Source: Mobula hypostoma (lineage: Eukaryota). Taken from it: a DNA stretch of 64,000 bases. The position numbers were made by a program, and so were the translations under genes. How positions within the stretch are numbered: the stretch's first letter is position 1; every line of letters starts with the position of its first letter. The stretch covers positions 116,808,001-116,872,000 of the forward strand of contig NC_086103.1 of the NCBI RefSeq assembly GCF_963921235.1, given 5' to 3'. Below, in pieces: positions 1-12,960 of this stretch. The notes under the pieces were generated by a model. It worked only from the letters and a program-made list of their open reading frames with translations. It did not search any database and was not told where the DNA came from.

Positions 1-46
1 GGTGCTGCCCATCCTTCTGAGTTCCTCCTACATTTTGCATGTGTTA
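1..46 (+). mobile_element. Penelope-derived short tail fragment (truncated by window edge)
   Basis: gctgcccatccttctgagttcctcctacattttgcatgtgtt resembles the tail that follows the hammerhead at 36560-36600. Confidence 0.55.
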
Positions 47-399
47 CTCAGGAGATTTCAACCCGATCAGAGCAATCAACTGAGCAGCAATCTGAGCAAA
101 TGAACCGACAAGCTGAGAAACAAGTTGCTCACTTAGAGGTGAGCCTAAGAACCTAGCTTGTAGTCTTTGTGTTAACGTACTGAGAAGTAATGAAGCCACC
201 TCCATCACAGTGTGAGCAATTTCGTGGCATCCAGAAGCCCAAGTCCTCTGAAAAGACGACAAAACATTTGCACACAGTAAAGACACAGGGAAGTCATGAT
301 TGCATCATTTGTCTCAAATAAATGAAGTCAGTGCAGATAACTCCTGACAGAGTAAGAGAGACCTGAAAACAGAGGGCTTCTGGACATATATGGTAATTG

Positions 400-2046
400 G
401 AGATTATAGACTGACTACCATTAACTGAAGAAGGGGATTTTTTAGGTCCATGAGTGTCAGGGAACAGGAGTGAGTGCCATTGCTATTACAAATGAAAAAG
501 TCCCAGGCAAACTCCAAGGGTCTTAAGGCAGGTAAGTCACCTGGACCAGTTGGACTACATCCTAGAGTCCTGAGAGAGGATGCTGAAGAGATAACAGATG
601 CATTGGTCATGACATTTCAAAAATCACTTGATTTTGGCATGGTCCTGGAGGACTGGAAGATTGCAAATGTCACTCCACTCTTTAAGAAGGGAGGAAGGGA
701 AAAGAAAGGAAATTATAGGCCCCTTCGCTTGACCTGAGTGCTTGGGAAAGTGTCGGAGTCTATTATTGATGAGATTTCTGGGTATTTGGAGACTAATGAG
801 AAAATAAGTCAAAGTCAGCTATCTGCACTAATTTCCCTGTGAAGGGAAATCTTGATTAACAAATCTGTTAAGAGTTCTTCGAGGAAGTTATAAGCATGGT
901 GGATAAAGCAGAAGCAGTGGATGTCATTTACTTGGATTTTCAGAAGGTGTTTGATAAGGTGCCACACATGAGGCTGCCTAACAAGATAAAATCCTATGGT
1001 GTTACAGGAAAGATACTGGCAAGAATAGAGGAGTGACTGACAAGCAGGAGGTAGTGAGTGAAAATAAAGGGGGCCTTTTCTTGTTGGCTGCCAGGGATTA
1101 TTGGTGTTCTTCAGGGGTCAGTATCGGGACCGCTACTTTTCACATTGTTTGTCAATGATTTGGATAATGGAACTGATAGCTTTGTGGCAAAGTTTGCAAA
1201 TATTACGAAGATAGATGGAGGTGTAGGTAGTGCTGAGGAAGCAATGCGATTGTAGCAGGACTTAAACACATTAGAAGAATGGGCAAAAAAGTGACAGATG
1301 GAATACAGTGCTAGGAAATGTGTAACAATGCAGTTTGGTAAAAGGAACAATAGTACAGACTATTACATAAATGGGGGGAAGGTTCAAACATCAGAGGTGC
1401 AGAGGGACTTGAGAGTCCTTGTGCAAGACTCCCAGAAGGTTAATTTACAGGTTGAGACTGTGGTAAAGAAGGCAAATGCAATGTTGGCATTTACTTCAAG
1501 GAGAACAGAATATGAAAGCAAGGAGATAATGCTGAGCCTTTATAAGACACTAGTCAGACCGCAGTTGGGAGTATTGTCAACAGTTTTGGGCCCCATATCT
1601 CAGAAAAGATGTGTTGTCATTGGAAAGGATTCAGATGAGGTTCACAAGGATGATTCTGGAAATGAAGGGGTTAACATATGAGGAGTGTTTGGCAGCTTTG
1701 GGCCCGTACTCTCTGGAATTTTGGAGGATGTGGAGAGTATGTTTCCTATGGTGGGGGTATTCAGAACTAGATGTAACAGCCCCAAAATTGAGGGGTGACC
1801 TTTTAGAACAGAGGTAAGGAGGAATTTTTTTTAGCAAGAGGAGTGAATCTGTGGAATGCTCTGCCACAGACTGTGGTGGAGGCCAAGTCCATTTGTATAT
1901 TTAAGGTGAAAGTTGAGATTCCTGATCAGTCAGGACATCAAAGGATATGGCGAGAAGGGGTTGAGTGGGATCCAGGATCAGCCATGATGGAATGGCAGAG
2001 CAGACTCAATGGGTGGGCCTAATTCTGCTCCTATGTCTTATGGTCA
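400..2046 (+). mobile_element. CR1 LINE, 5'-truncated, degraded ORF2 (RT)
   Basis: KSPGPVGLHPRVL, DWKIANVTPLFKKG, NYRP, QGSVSGPLLF, degenerate KFADD; CR1-type 3' end aattctgctcctatgtcttatg. Confidence 0.9.
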
Positions 2047-2168
2047 GAGGCAACTGATTACACAGCTTTATGTCCAGGTAGGTCAGAGACTGATAATTGA
2101 ACCTGCGTTCATTGGTGAAAACACTGCACCTCATCTCCAAATGTATATAAAACTGCATGCCTTGCACG

Positions 2169-2338
2169 ATCCGAGACAGCACGGACTGCACTGCGAAGGA
2201 CAATCCGAGAGAGAGTGGACCGGACTGGGAAGGACAATCCGAGAGAGAGTGGACCGGACTGGGAAGGACAATCTGAGAGAGCGCGGACCGCACTGGGAAG
2301 GACAATCCGAGACAGCGCAGACCGCACTGGGAAGGAAA
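2169..2338. repeat. Minisatellite, 34-bp unit x5
   Basis: atccgagagagagtggaccggactgggaaggaca repeated at 2169, 2203, 2237, 2271, 2305. Confidence 0.9.
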
Positions 2339-2927
2339 CAGCATTTGGAAAAAAAAATCAAGCTGCTAGAGGAACTTCGAGTCAAGCAACATCCATGGGC
2401 AAAAAGGGATTGCTGATGTTTTGGGTCAAGACCGTGCATCAAATTGCCTTGCCTCCAAATCACTGGGTTTGGTGTGCAGGAAGCAAGAGGGTGGCTTTAT
2501 ATACAAGATTTACCAGAGAAGGAATGAGAAAAGGGAGCAGAGAACCCAGAGAATAACAAGCTGGGCTCATGATCAGCCCAGCTGGCCTCACCCTTTTTGT
2601 TGTGGAAAAGGATGGAGTAGGAACACTAACTTAAGAGCAAGATGGCTTTGGGTATTTCTCCAGCGTTCAGAAGGACAGCCAAGTTACACATGAAATCTGA
2701 TGTAATAGACAAAATGATATCAATTTAAGAACAATAGGAAGTACTAGCTTTACAGATTTTACTAGTGTAGAGCTTCACTAATTGGAGCATACACTGAGAA
2801 GTGATGCTGACTACATTTCTACAAAACCTTTATATTGGGGAAAAAAGGAATATCCTGCAGAGTCAGACTTCAACGCAAATACTTGAGTTCCCTGACTTTT
2901 GTGAAAGAACTAAATGAAAGGGTTCAC

Positions 2928-3135
2928 CTTTCTTCTTCAGTGGTATTGAATCTTTCCAGCTCCCAGCTCCTGTCAGGCGAGTAGTCCCATTCTGTCTCCA
3001 CTGCTGCGATGTAATACGTTCGGATTATCCCAAACTTCTGGGCTGGGATACTTTTATTGCAGTTATTAACCTGATACAACTGTTTCATTCCAGCCCTGTA
3101 GTGATCAGCTGTTCGGCAGTTGACCTTAAAGGTGC
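2928..3135 (-). CDS. HEPHL1: Ferroxidase exon 12 (domain-4 type-1 Cu ligands; absent from the ORF track)
   Basis: Hand translation GTFKVNCRTADHYRAGMKQLYQV...RTYYIAAVETEWDYSPDRSWE; acceptor aatttag, donor AG|GTGAA; 208 nt. Confidence 0.91.
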
Positions 3136-3789
3136 CTAAATTAAAATTTGTAGGTTAATGATAATTATAAGTGAAAAAGAAACAACAGTAAAGGATTTGA
3201 AAAGTGAGATTTTATAATGGCTTCAAAGCTAGAACTTGGGTATGGGAGGTGTCATTTTGATCTAATTTCCCATTTCCCTATATTCGCACTCACTAGCTAA
3301 ATTCCCAAAATGTCTATCCTGCTGATCGCATTTTGATTCAGAAGCTGCCAGTTTTTCCCCAGATAGGAACTGTGCTCTGTCTCCACTCTAAAGGACTCAC
3401 TGATATTCAGCTGCTCTCGGCTGAGTATGTCCCCAGCTTACAGAGAACTGTTAGGCAACTGATAACAGCAAAGCCATTGCTTCTCTTAGCCACTGGATTC
3501 CATGTGGAATCTGACAGTGCAGCCAATATTTTCTGAGATTCCTCTGTACTGCCACAATGAATCTGTCTCTGTGATCTGAGCCAACCAGATCCAATGTAGA
3601 ATCAAGGCCCCGATGAGAAGATATATGTGCCTTTACTCTTCCTATTTCTAACTTTTTAAACAATCATATTTATTTGAAGATTTTTAAATCGTTTTTTAAA
3701 CATCTTTCAATATCAGTGAAATTTAAAAAACTCTTATAAATGTCTCTGAGATGAAGCTCCAACCCCAGGCTTGCCTCTGTCAGAGTGTT

Positions 3790-4375
3790 ATAGAGTCACT
3801 GAGAAGTACAGCACAGAAAGAAGCCCTTCAGCCCATCTAGTTCATGCCTAAACTGAAATAGCTGGATACAGTAGGGTCTTTTCAGAGACTCTTGGATAGG
3901 TACATGGAGCTTAGAAAATTAGGTAATTTCTAAAGTAAGGGCATGTTCGGCACAGCATTGAGGGCCAAAGGGCCTGTATTGTGCTGTAGGTTTTCTATTA
4001 TTCTATGTTTCTAAAACCATTTAAACTGCTTACTCCCATCGACCTGCACCGGGACCATAGCCTTCCATATCCCTACCATCCCACGTACCTATCCAAACTT
4101 AACTTAAACCTTGAAATTAAGCTGGCAAGCATCACACTCTCACCACCCTCAGTGAAGAAGTTTCCCCTCATGTTCCCCTTAAACTTCTCACCTTTCATCC
4201 TTAACCTATGCCTCAGTGAAAAAGCCTGCTTGCATTTACCCTGACTATTCTCATGATTTTGTACACCTTTATCAAATCTCCTCTCAATCTTCTCCATTCT
4301 GAAGAACATAGTCCTAACCTGTTCAACCTTTCCTTACAAACTCAGGTCGAACTGACCGGGCAGAATCCTTGTATG
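3790..4375. mobile_element. Nested CR1 3'-end fragments (+ strand tail ~3850-4010 inside a - strand tail)
   Basis: ggataggtacatggagcttag...ttctatgtttcta tail (+); LRMKGEKFKGNMRGNFFT (-). Confidence 0.7.
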
Positions 4376-4496
4376 TTCTAGTGTTGAGCTTCACAATATG
4401 TCACCTGAAACTCTGTTACAGCTTCCCAGACAAGTTTCAGGGGTGCAGAGTTGACTTGTGTGGTTCCCAGATAAGGTCAGTTAACTAGCTCAATGT

Positions 4497-5275
4497 AGGG
4501 ATGGTGAACCTATGGCATGTGCAAAATTTTGTTGGCACACAGCATGGACAGCCTCCCCCCCAATTTTTTTAAACCCTACTCAGTATAAAAATAAATATAC
4601 CTAACGGTTATCATTATTGCCAATTGAAGCAGCGAATGTGTTTTTTTTTACAGCCCAAGAGCAGAGATTTTTTTTATCTGATCGACAAGTTAGCCTTTCA
4701 AAAATAGTTTCCACGACAAATGATGGTGCACCCAGCATGACTGGTAAAGAACAAACAAAAAAAAATCTGCAGATGCTGGAAATCCAAGCAAAACACACAA
4801 AATGCTGGAGGAACAGCAGGCCAGGCAGCATCTATGGAAAGAAGCAGTGTTTTTTTCCATAGATGCTGCCTGGCCTGCTGAGTTCCTCCAGCAGTTTGTG
4901 TGTGATGATTGGTACAGAGAAAGGCCTTGTCAATCTGGCTGCAAACATGTTGACATCCACTGACAAGCGTTCCCTGTGTAGAACATAATTTTTTTTACAT
5001 TATTTTTCTGTTTTCTTTTTAAAAGATTATTATTAATTTCTGAACAGATTTTCTAAAATGCTTCATTTATTTCAAACTATCTCTGTTATAATTTTATTAA
5101 TAGTAAAACAATGAATACACATGAATAATAAACAGGACTTGTCCTTTATTTTAAAAAAAGGTCTGTAATTAATCAATGATAATCTCTGTTCAAAATTACC
5201 ATAGCATGTGAGAAAGTGTTTCTTTAAAGATTATCACTAATTTGGGCAGACGTTCTCAAAGAAGATTGCATCCCA
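4497..5275 (+). mobile_element. hAT (Charlie/SPIN/Buster-like) non-autonomous remnant
   Basis: hAT-like terminus agggatggtgaacctatggcatgtg; transposase motif KIVSTTNDGAPSMTGKE (DGAPSM); degenerate right end near 5240-5275. Confidence 0.6.
4751..4904. mobile_element. Penelope-derived fold-back (inverted tail) insertion
   Basis: Arms 4793-4840 and about 4854-4903 are near-perfect reverse complements; flanks atgactggtaaaga (4737-4750) and atgattggtacaga (4905-4918) look like a TSD. Confidence 0.75.
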
Positions 5276-5466
5276 TTTTATATTTACGGCGCAGAAGTAT
5301 CTCCTAGATTTTTGCTGGGGAAATACAGAGCTAATCTATGTCCTCTTCACTTTACCAACAAATTGGCAAATCATCAGCTAGAAAAATGTATTCATTAAAT
5401 ATATAGACAGTATATTAAACTTCTGGCTTAGTAGAGTGTGGATGACGGAGAGCAGCAAATTCTTAC

Positions 5467-5679
5467 CAACATCATCAGGTTGCATGAAGATTGTTGCTGA
5501 AGTATGAGGAAACAGATTGTACACATCACGTTTCATCCCGTTGTCTTGGAAGGTGTTGCCTTGAAAGTAAACACCATGCAGGTCGATTTCATTGCCCAGT
5601 CCAATCAAATGCCATGAAACTTTGTCCCCCTTGCACATCACCAGTCCAGGCAGATTACCGAACATGTAACCATTAATAG
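5467..5679 (-). CDS. HEPHL1: Ferroxidase exon 11
   Basis: AINGYMFGNLPGLVMCKGDKVSWHLIGLGNEIDLHGVYFQGNT...MQPDDV; acceptor tttctag, donor G|GTAAG; 213 nt. Confidence 0.93.
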
Positions 5680-6465
5680 CTAGAAAAATGTCATAATCGT
5701 ACATTAAGGATATTACACAATACAACACAGTGAAAAAAGTCCATATTGTTTGCTACTTTATGGACACAATGGGTGTCCATTTGTTGCCCAAAGCTAATAC
5801 AACTGATTTGGAAATCCATGTCACAACCCACCAACTTCAGTCCCAAAACAGTATCTGGTGACTCTGGTTACGTTTTTTTTTGCAATGTTATTGAACAAGC
5901 ATTAAAATAGGTTCTATTAAATTTCAGAATCAGATTTATTACACAGTGGCGTGTGACATGAAATTTCATATCAGTTTCTGCAGTTTGTTCAAATTTTTGG
6001 TTCAGTTACAGTATTTTGTATTTGACCCGTCAGCCTCACTATCAGAGAAACATAGCTAAATTAAGGGTGCATTGTAAAGAAACATGATAGGATAGAATCA
6101 AAATACCTGATTTCAACAGACTGTTTCTTACTAGAACTAAAATGATAAATTAACATTTTAGTCAATGTAAGTGAATGTTTATCTGGTTTGATGTTTCCTG
6201 AACTAACAATTTTGAAAAGTTGACCCAATTGTTTAACCACGAGTGACAAATCACACACATCAATCTGTGATAGTGAGATAACGGCAATATTTACCAGCCT
6301 CCCCTCTGCCTCTCCTTTACCCTCAATTCTACATTTGGGATGACTGACTAATGCCAGCCCTCCAGTACTGTGTCCTTTCCTCACATGCAAGCTAGCAAGG
6401 TGTACAGTTGTACACCTGTAACTATAACTCTGTACTATAGGTTCAAGAAGCATGACAACCAAGTA

Positions 6466-7850
6466 CAGGCTTCCCCCTCTATCCGAAGGTAGAGCGTTCC
6501 TATGAAACAGTTCGTAAGCTGGAATGTTGCAAAGTGAATAAGCAATTACCATTTATTAATATTGGAAAAATTTTTGAGCATTCCCAGACCCAAAAAATAA
6601 CCTACAAAATCATGCCAAATAGCACATGAAACCTAAAATAACAGTAACATATAGTAAAAACAGGAATGATATGATAAATACATAACCTATATAAAGTAGA
6701 AATACTTTTCTGCAGCACTGTCTAGAGCAGCAAAAATCTCGCGGAAGCGCTCTCGGCAGAAACACTCTCTCCAGTAACCTTTAAGCTATGAAGCTGCCAA
6801 ATCACACCAAATAATACATAAAAATACACAGCCTATATAAAGTAGAAATAATGTATGTACAGTGTAGTTTCACTTACCGGAATCGGAAAGACTCCAATAA
6901 ATTGCAGTTTCATCACAGTTAAACACTTGCTTATACGAATAACCACCTGACGCAATCGGCAATCGCCTCTGATCTGAGCCAACATTTACATGCCGGGCGA
7001 CACCTAATTAATTAGCTTGTTTATTTCGGCTTTTTTCTTAAAGATGTGCTGGGTGCGTTCCGACTACCGCTGCACCACTGCATTCATCACGGCAATGTAT
7101 CGGTTGGCAGCCCGGAGGTTGGGGACCACTGCTTAAACTATGAAGCTGCCCTCGCCACAGAAACCGATCAAACCACCCATGACTACCTTTAAATTCCACT
7201 TTCATCACCATTGTCCAGTGCTTTCTGTTTCAGCTTATTAAAAAGACTGACTGATTTCTCCTGAAGTAAAACTTAACAGAACACTACGCTTTGTACACCC
7301 ATCAATCCACTCAAGCAATAGACTTTCCATTTTATCCATTACTGGATGCCGACTAACAGAGACCATTTTGCTATGAGCAGAACCAACAGTAACATCGGCA
7401 GCTTTCAAAATTCTCTCTGTGCATAAATAGTGCGAATGGTGGACGCAGGCAAGTTCAACACGGGGACAATGTCCTTACTTCATTCACCACGATCGAATTG
7501 CTTAATTATATCTAGTTTTACGCTAAGTGTAACACTCTTAGGAGCTCTTTTAGGCTTTTTCTGATACCTAAGAACTCATCTTGCTCACGGATGCACAAAA
7601 TAAATCGAGATAAAGCACGTGTTTAAGCAATGCCGGCTAGAATGCAGTTCCGGGGGAGGAGCTTGGCTGTTCAGGTGTGCGCTGCCTTTCATGGCGTGCT
7701 GCTTTTTTTCCCGCGCTGCTTTTTTTCCACACGCTGCCTTTTCTCGTAACAGTGAAAACACCTTCTGTTAACGAAAACAGGTAACTAATGTAGGTCTTTC
7801 GTAACAGCAAGGTGTCATAAAACGAACGTTCGGAAAACGGGGGTCACCTG
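6466..7850 (-). mobile_element. Tigger/pogo-like DNA transposon deletion derivative
   Basis: TA-flanked imperfect TIRs CAGGCTTCCCCCTCTATCCGAA / TTCGGAAAACGGGGGTCACCTG; CENP-B/psq HTH remnant KSVTLSVKLDIIKQFDRGE on minus at about 7480-7580; hAT-like end ggttggggaccactg nested at about 7116-7130. Confidence 0.75.
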
Positions 7851-8241
7851 TAGTTATGCCTGCAGTATCCACCAGAGGGCACCAGTTAGCCATCTCAGAT
7901 TTATTCCTCTCACATGAAGAGGACTCTCAAAATTCTCAAGTATTTCAACAGGGACTCTCTCAAAACAATAAAGGAAACAACCTCTTGGAATCTACAAGAG
8001 GTTATAGCACACCATAGGAACATTAAGCTACTGAGGTACCGAGATGAAACCATACCAAAATATCTTGCATCTTTTCCAGATGCAAGAGGCTAATGAAATC
8101 CACACATTTAAGAAATAATAATCATTCTCAGTAAAAACATCCTTAAAACAGGAGCTACTCAATGTTAGTTACTGAATGGGCCATGCCAAAATGCAATATG
8201 TATGCAAATATGACAATAATAAGCTTATGGTAACCACACAC

Positions 8242-8389
8242 CATGCATTTGGTTTGAATTTTGAAATTCTTCATCCTCCAAGTCAACATTAGTATTCTGA
8301 ATAAACGTCTCCAAATTCTTTGAGAGGTACCAACTAAGATTCTCATCAAATACTGTATACAGCAGGTAAAACGCCTTGTCCATCCTTTT
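8242..8389 (-). CDS. HEPHL1: Ferroxidase exon 10 (correct frame not in the ORF track)
   Basis: Hand translation [26 protein letters not shown]...EDEEFQNSNQMH; acceptor cttttgtag, donor G|GTGTGT; 148 nt. Confidence 0.9.
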
Positions 8390-10679
8390 CTACAAAAGAA
8401 AAAATAAACATTTCAATATTTGGAAGAATACTTTTAAGCTGAAATTTATAGAAATTTGTAAACAACCAAAATTTTAATTATCTAAGTGAAGAACAAATGT
8501 TATAGTTCCACATATTAACATAAAAATGCTCGAAGATGTGTGCTGACTTTCAGGCAAAGGCACCTCAAGTATTAACGTGTTCAAATATGGAGCTGAAAAT
8601 TTCTGTCCAAAAATCTAATTCATCACGGTAACAAACAGGATTCTAACTAGCCTCTACTATGTGGGATTAAGAAAAGAAAATGTGAAATCTAAAATAAAAG
8701 GTCTCACTCCATAGAGATGGAGCTGATTTATTCAACTATTGTTTGAAGCAATAATTTCATAGCGGCCAGAACCAGGGTGTTATAAACAATGAGTAACCAA
8801 AACTCTGGAAAATCAAGAACAGCATTTTACAAAACTCCCTCCTGCTAAGAGGATTATGAAACTGATCAATATTTAAGAGTCAATTAAACATAATTGATAA
8901 TTAACAGACTGATTAATTCATGCTGATACAATTGTTTTTCTGTTATATTGTCTGTCCTGTTGTACATACTATTTATTACAAATGACTATGAATTGCACAT
9001 TGCACATTTAGACAGAGACATAACATAAAGGTTTTTACTCATGTATATGAAGGATGTAAGAAATAAAGTCAATTCAATTAAAAATATGCCTGAAAAATTT
9101 ACAGTGCAAAACATCCTATTGTAAAAAGGACAAAAATATGACTTGGCCCATTCCAAGATATTACAAACTATGCATCTTCCATGCCAAATGATCAAACTCC
9201 CCGTCCTTTGCAATATTTTTAACAGGACAGTATTCTTTTCAAATTGTAACTTTTGCAGCTTCTCCAATAAACCGCAGTGCTCAACACTAAATAAAGTTTA
9301 TTGTTTATATCTACCAATTTAAACAAGATTGCTGTCTCCATCCAAAATAATTAAAGTCTGTCTTTCGCATCTCCTTTACACAATAATGGATAGAACCTGG
9401 TCCCAATTTGCTGATGCGACAATAATTCATAATCCAGTCGTGTGAAAAACACGGATCTTGCCAAAACTAACTGACAAGCATTTAATAATTGACTAAATGC
9501 AGAGATTTGAAGAACTGCTTGTTCCAAGTTGAATCATTTTATTAATTGACAAATTACATGAAGTTTAGATGCAGAAGGGGGGTGAAGCAGAAAACCTAAG
9601 CAAACTTCTACTGTTTTTCTGATTTTGTGCCCATCCAGCAAACAGCCAGAGGAAATGAACTGCAGAAGCCTCCAGCAGAGGGCACTGGCAACAGGGAATT
9701 GGGAGGTATCACTGATCATGAAGAAAACTAGCATTCAGAGGGGATGCCAAAGACACTCTTAAGGAGCCAAAAAAGAGCACTCCTGTTCCTCGTAGCTGTT
9801 CTTTTACCCAAGCCTCGGGAAACTATACAAAAGTGAATTTCAAGGTTACCTCTCTGTGAGCCAGTTTTAAAGTTGCCAGTGGGATAGGTAGTGAGAAGAA
9901 AATGCATCGGTTCACAAAAGGAATTCTAAACTGAGCCGTACTGTGTCTGATTTAAAGGTAAAAGGTTACAGAAAAGAAGTAAAATTTGTAAAACATAAAA
10001 ACTGATTGCAAATTGCCCAGTTCAATGAAAAAAAAATAGTGGGTGCTGGGGATCTTGGCACTGGGCCGCTGTCATTGAACAAAATCATTTAAGGATTGAT
10101 AAGGAGCTGGGTTTGAAAGTTGCTTTCCCCAGAAACTTTCAGATCACATCAAACTAGCCAAGGGAAGCACACAGAAATACTACATGCTTAAGTACACGTT
10201 GAGAAATGCAGTAACCAAACCCCCTACACCTATAACAAATGGCTGAATTTGCCAATTGCACCGTGGTCAGTTTAAGCAACAATATGAAACATTCTGACAT
10301 ATTCTCCACATGTACGCAGGGAGCTGGAACAGCAGGTTCTGCATAAGTGTCAACTTAAGTTTATCTTCGTAGTAATCAATCAATTTCCTTTTCTCTCATT
10401 CCACTCCCAACTTTCCCCCCTTTTCTAACTAAATTACCAGTCTACCTGATGTGAAACATTTTGCATCACAACTTTATCTAATCTAATGGTGATCTATAAC
10501 ATTAGCTCAGTCTAATTCAACATGGCATTGAAGCTTAAATCCTCCAGCAGTTCCAGGTTTTGCACGTTTCTGTTCCTAGTGTCCAGAAAGCTGGTGCTGC
10601 AGGAATGCCCAGGGCACTTTTGTGCAGGGAACCCACAGTACACATTTATCGGACACAGTGCCCAAGGACTCATGACAGA

Positions 10680-11045
10680 AGACTTGGTGGAGGAATCCAA
10701 AATTATGAGGGGTATAGGTAGGGTAAATGCAAGCAGGCTTTTACCACCGAGGTTGGGTGGGATTACAACCGGAGGTCATGGGTTGAGGGTGAAAGGTGAA
10801 CACAAGGGGAAACTTCTTCACTCAGAGGCCTGTGAGAGTGTGGAACGAGCTGCCAGGACAAGTGGTGCACGCGAGCTCGATTTCAACGTTTAAGAGAAGT
10901 TTGGATAGGTACATGGATAGTAGGGATTTGGAGGGCTGTGGTCCCGGTGCAGGTCCATGGGAGTAGGCAGTTTAAATGGTTTTAGCATGGACTAGATGGG
11001 CCGAAGGGCCTGTTTCTGTGCTGTACATCTCAATGACTCTATGTC
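10680..11045 (+). mobile_element. CR1 3' fragment
   Basis: DLVEESKIMRGIGRV...TGGHGLRVKG and CR1 3' UTR ggccgaagggcctgtttctgtgctgta. Confidence 0.85.
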
Positions 11046-12109
11046 ATCAGAACACGCCATGCATACTCAGCAAACAAAGGTCTTCCCAGCAGCTCCGCCA
11101 TTGCCAACCTGTTTAGTAAATCTGCAGCATGTGGTTCTCAGAGTCAAAACCTGAAGCCACTAAGTCACTGGGTCACAGGGCAATCATTAGACCCAAGTGT
11201 GCTCACACTGCTCTGTTCAAAAGTAAATCAATCTTCATAAGTGCTGACTCTGCCTTCATTCGCATGTGTGTTCATTCCTGGCTGCATGACTAATTCTTGG
11301 CTATGTTTCCAGGATGAATCACTAATGAAATGGCTACCGAGCATGCTGAAAACATTTAAAAGGCATCCTGCGGTTAGCTTTCGCAGGCTATCTGGGAAAT
11401 CTGTGCAGCATCCCCTCGAAAACAACTCTTTTCCCTCTACTGAATTCCCAATGGCAATGTGTCTGCGGGAAATGCAGGAACAGTCTGGTGCAGAGTGCTT
11501 GTCACTGTACTGAGGTAAACGATCCAATGGACTCTCGTGTCTTCAGTCTCATCCCAGTCGGACGAGCGTGGTCAGGTTTATGATATCAGTACACAGAAAA
11601 TGCTTAGACAGAGAGAAGTCGACACATTTTAAAGTCAAATCAGATATTTGAAAGAATTATTGAGAGATGGCTTTGCTTTTGAGATGGAGCCACAAATTTA
11701 TTCTCACAATTCCAAAAACAGTACAGCTATGCAGTTGGAAGTCAGGTTATCCTGGATTAGAGCAGTTCTGCAGACATTCCTGGTTGCCTCGTGAGATTTT
11801 AATTTTCATTAGCACCATTCTTCAGGCCTTGCACTTGCCCAAGCACAAATACAACCTGCAAAATTCATCTGCAATGATATTTTCAACTTGACTTATCTGA
11901 AAACTGGTGGTTCTTATTTGCACATAGAACAATGAGGCTTAACTAACCCCATTTAAAAGGACAGGACTCAGACGGTATCCTCTGTCCTCATTGAAACCTC
12001 TGACATCTGAAGGTCTCAAATTCAATCACGTGCATCTTGGGCATTTAGTCCACATTGAAATCAGGATCACACTCCTCAGGATAATTCCAGGTTGCTGCTG
12101 CTGCCTAGC

Positions 12110-12958
12110 TCAGAGTCACAGAGCTATAAAAACAGAAAAAAAGCCCTTTGGCCTGGCTCATCCATGCTGAAAAAGTGCCTGCTTGTCCCATATTCCTCTG
12201 AACCTTTTCTGCCCGTGTATCTGTCTAAAGGTCTTTTGGATGTCGAAATTACATCTGCCTCTACCACTTCTCCTGACAGCTGGTGCTGCACCAACCTCCA
12301 AGTGACAATGTTTCCCCTCAGTTCCCCTTTAAATCCTTCCCCTCTGACCTTAAATCTAAACCCTCCAGTTTTACCCTGAAGAAGAGACTAAGTATTCACA
12401 TTACCTAGAGCTCTAATGATTTTATACATCCATTCAAGGTCTACTCTCAACATCCCAAGCTTCAGGGAGAAGAACCCCTGCTCTCCAGCCTCTCTTTATA
12501 ACTCAAGCCCACCAGCCCCATAAAATCCTTGCGCTCCTCGTTCTGCACCCTCTCCAGCTTGATCACATCTTCCCAATAGCAAGGAATCCGGAACTGCACG
12601 CAGTACTCCAAGTGCGGTTTTGCCAACGTCTTGTACAGTTGGAACGTGATGACACAATTTTCACACTCTGCGCCATCCACCTTTACTGCCCTGTCTAGCT
12701 GTGTGGCCACTTACAAGGAACTGTGTACTGGTACCCCATTCTACAATACTCTCCAGGTCCCACCAATCACTGTGCATTCCTGCCCCATTTTAATGTACCA
12801 AAATGAAACACTTCAATCTTGTCTAGCTTAAATGCCAACGACCATTCATGGTCCAATTCCCCAGTTCATCTAGATCCTGTTATAACCTTATATATCCTTC
12901 CTCACTGTCCGTTACACCACAAATTTTGATATCATCTGACCACACCAACTACATTCTC
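12110..12958 (-). mobile_element. Old degraded CR1 fragment
   Basis: LYKTLAKPHLEYCVQF...LERVQ; 3' end near 12120. Confidence 0.75.
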
Positions 12959-12960
12959 TT

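Noticed and set aside
1-2927. Ferroxidase exon 13 within the window
   Set aside because: No IGSKYKK/EYTD-like frame found on the minus strand; the region is CR1 and minisatellite, so exon 13 lies outside the window
11228-11527. Overlapping 90-99 aa ORFs in unique intron 9 sequence, considered as a nested gene or alternative exon
   Set aside because: No recognisable domain or convincing splice-site pair; exons 9 and 10 already join in frame
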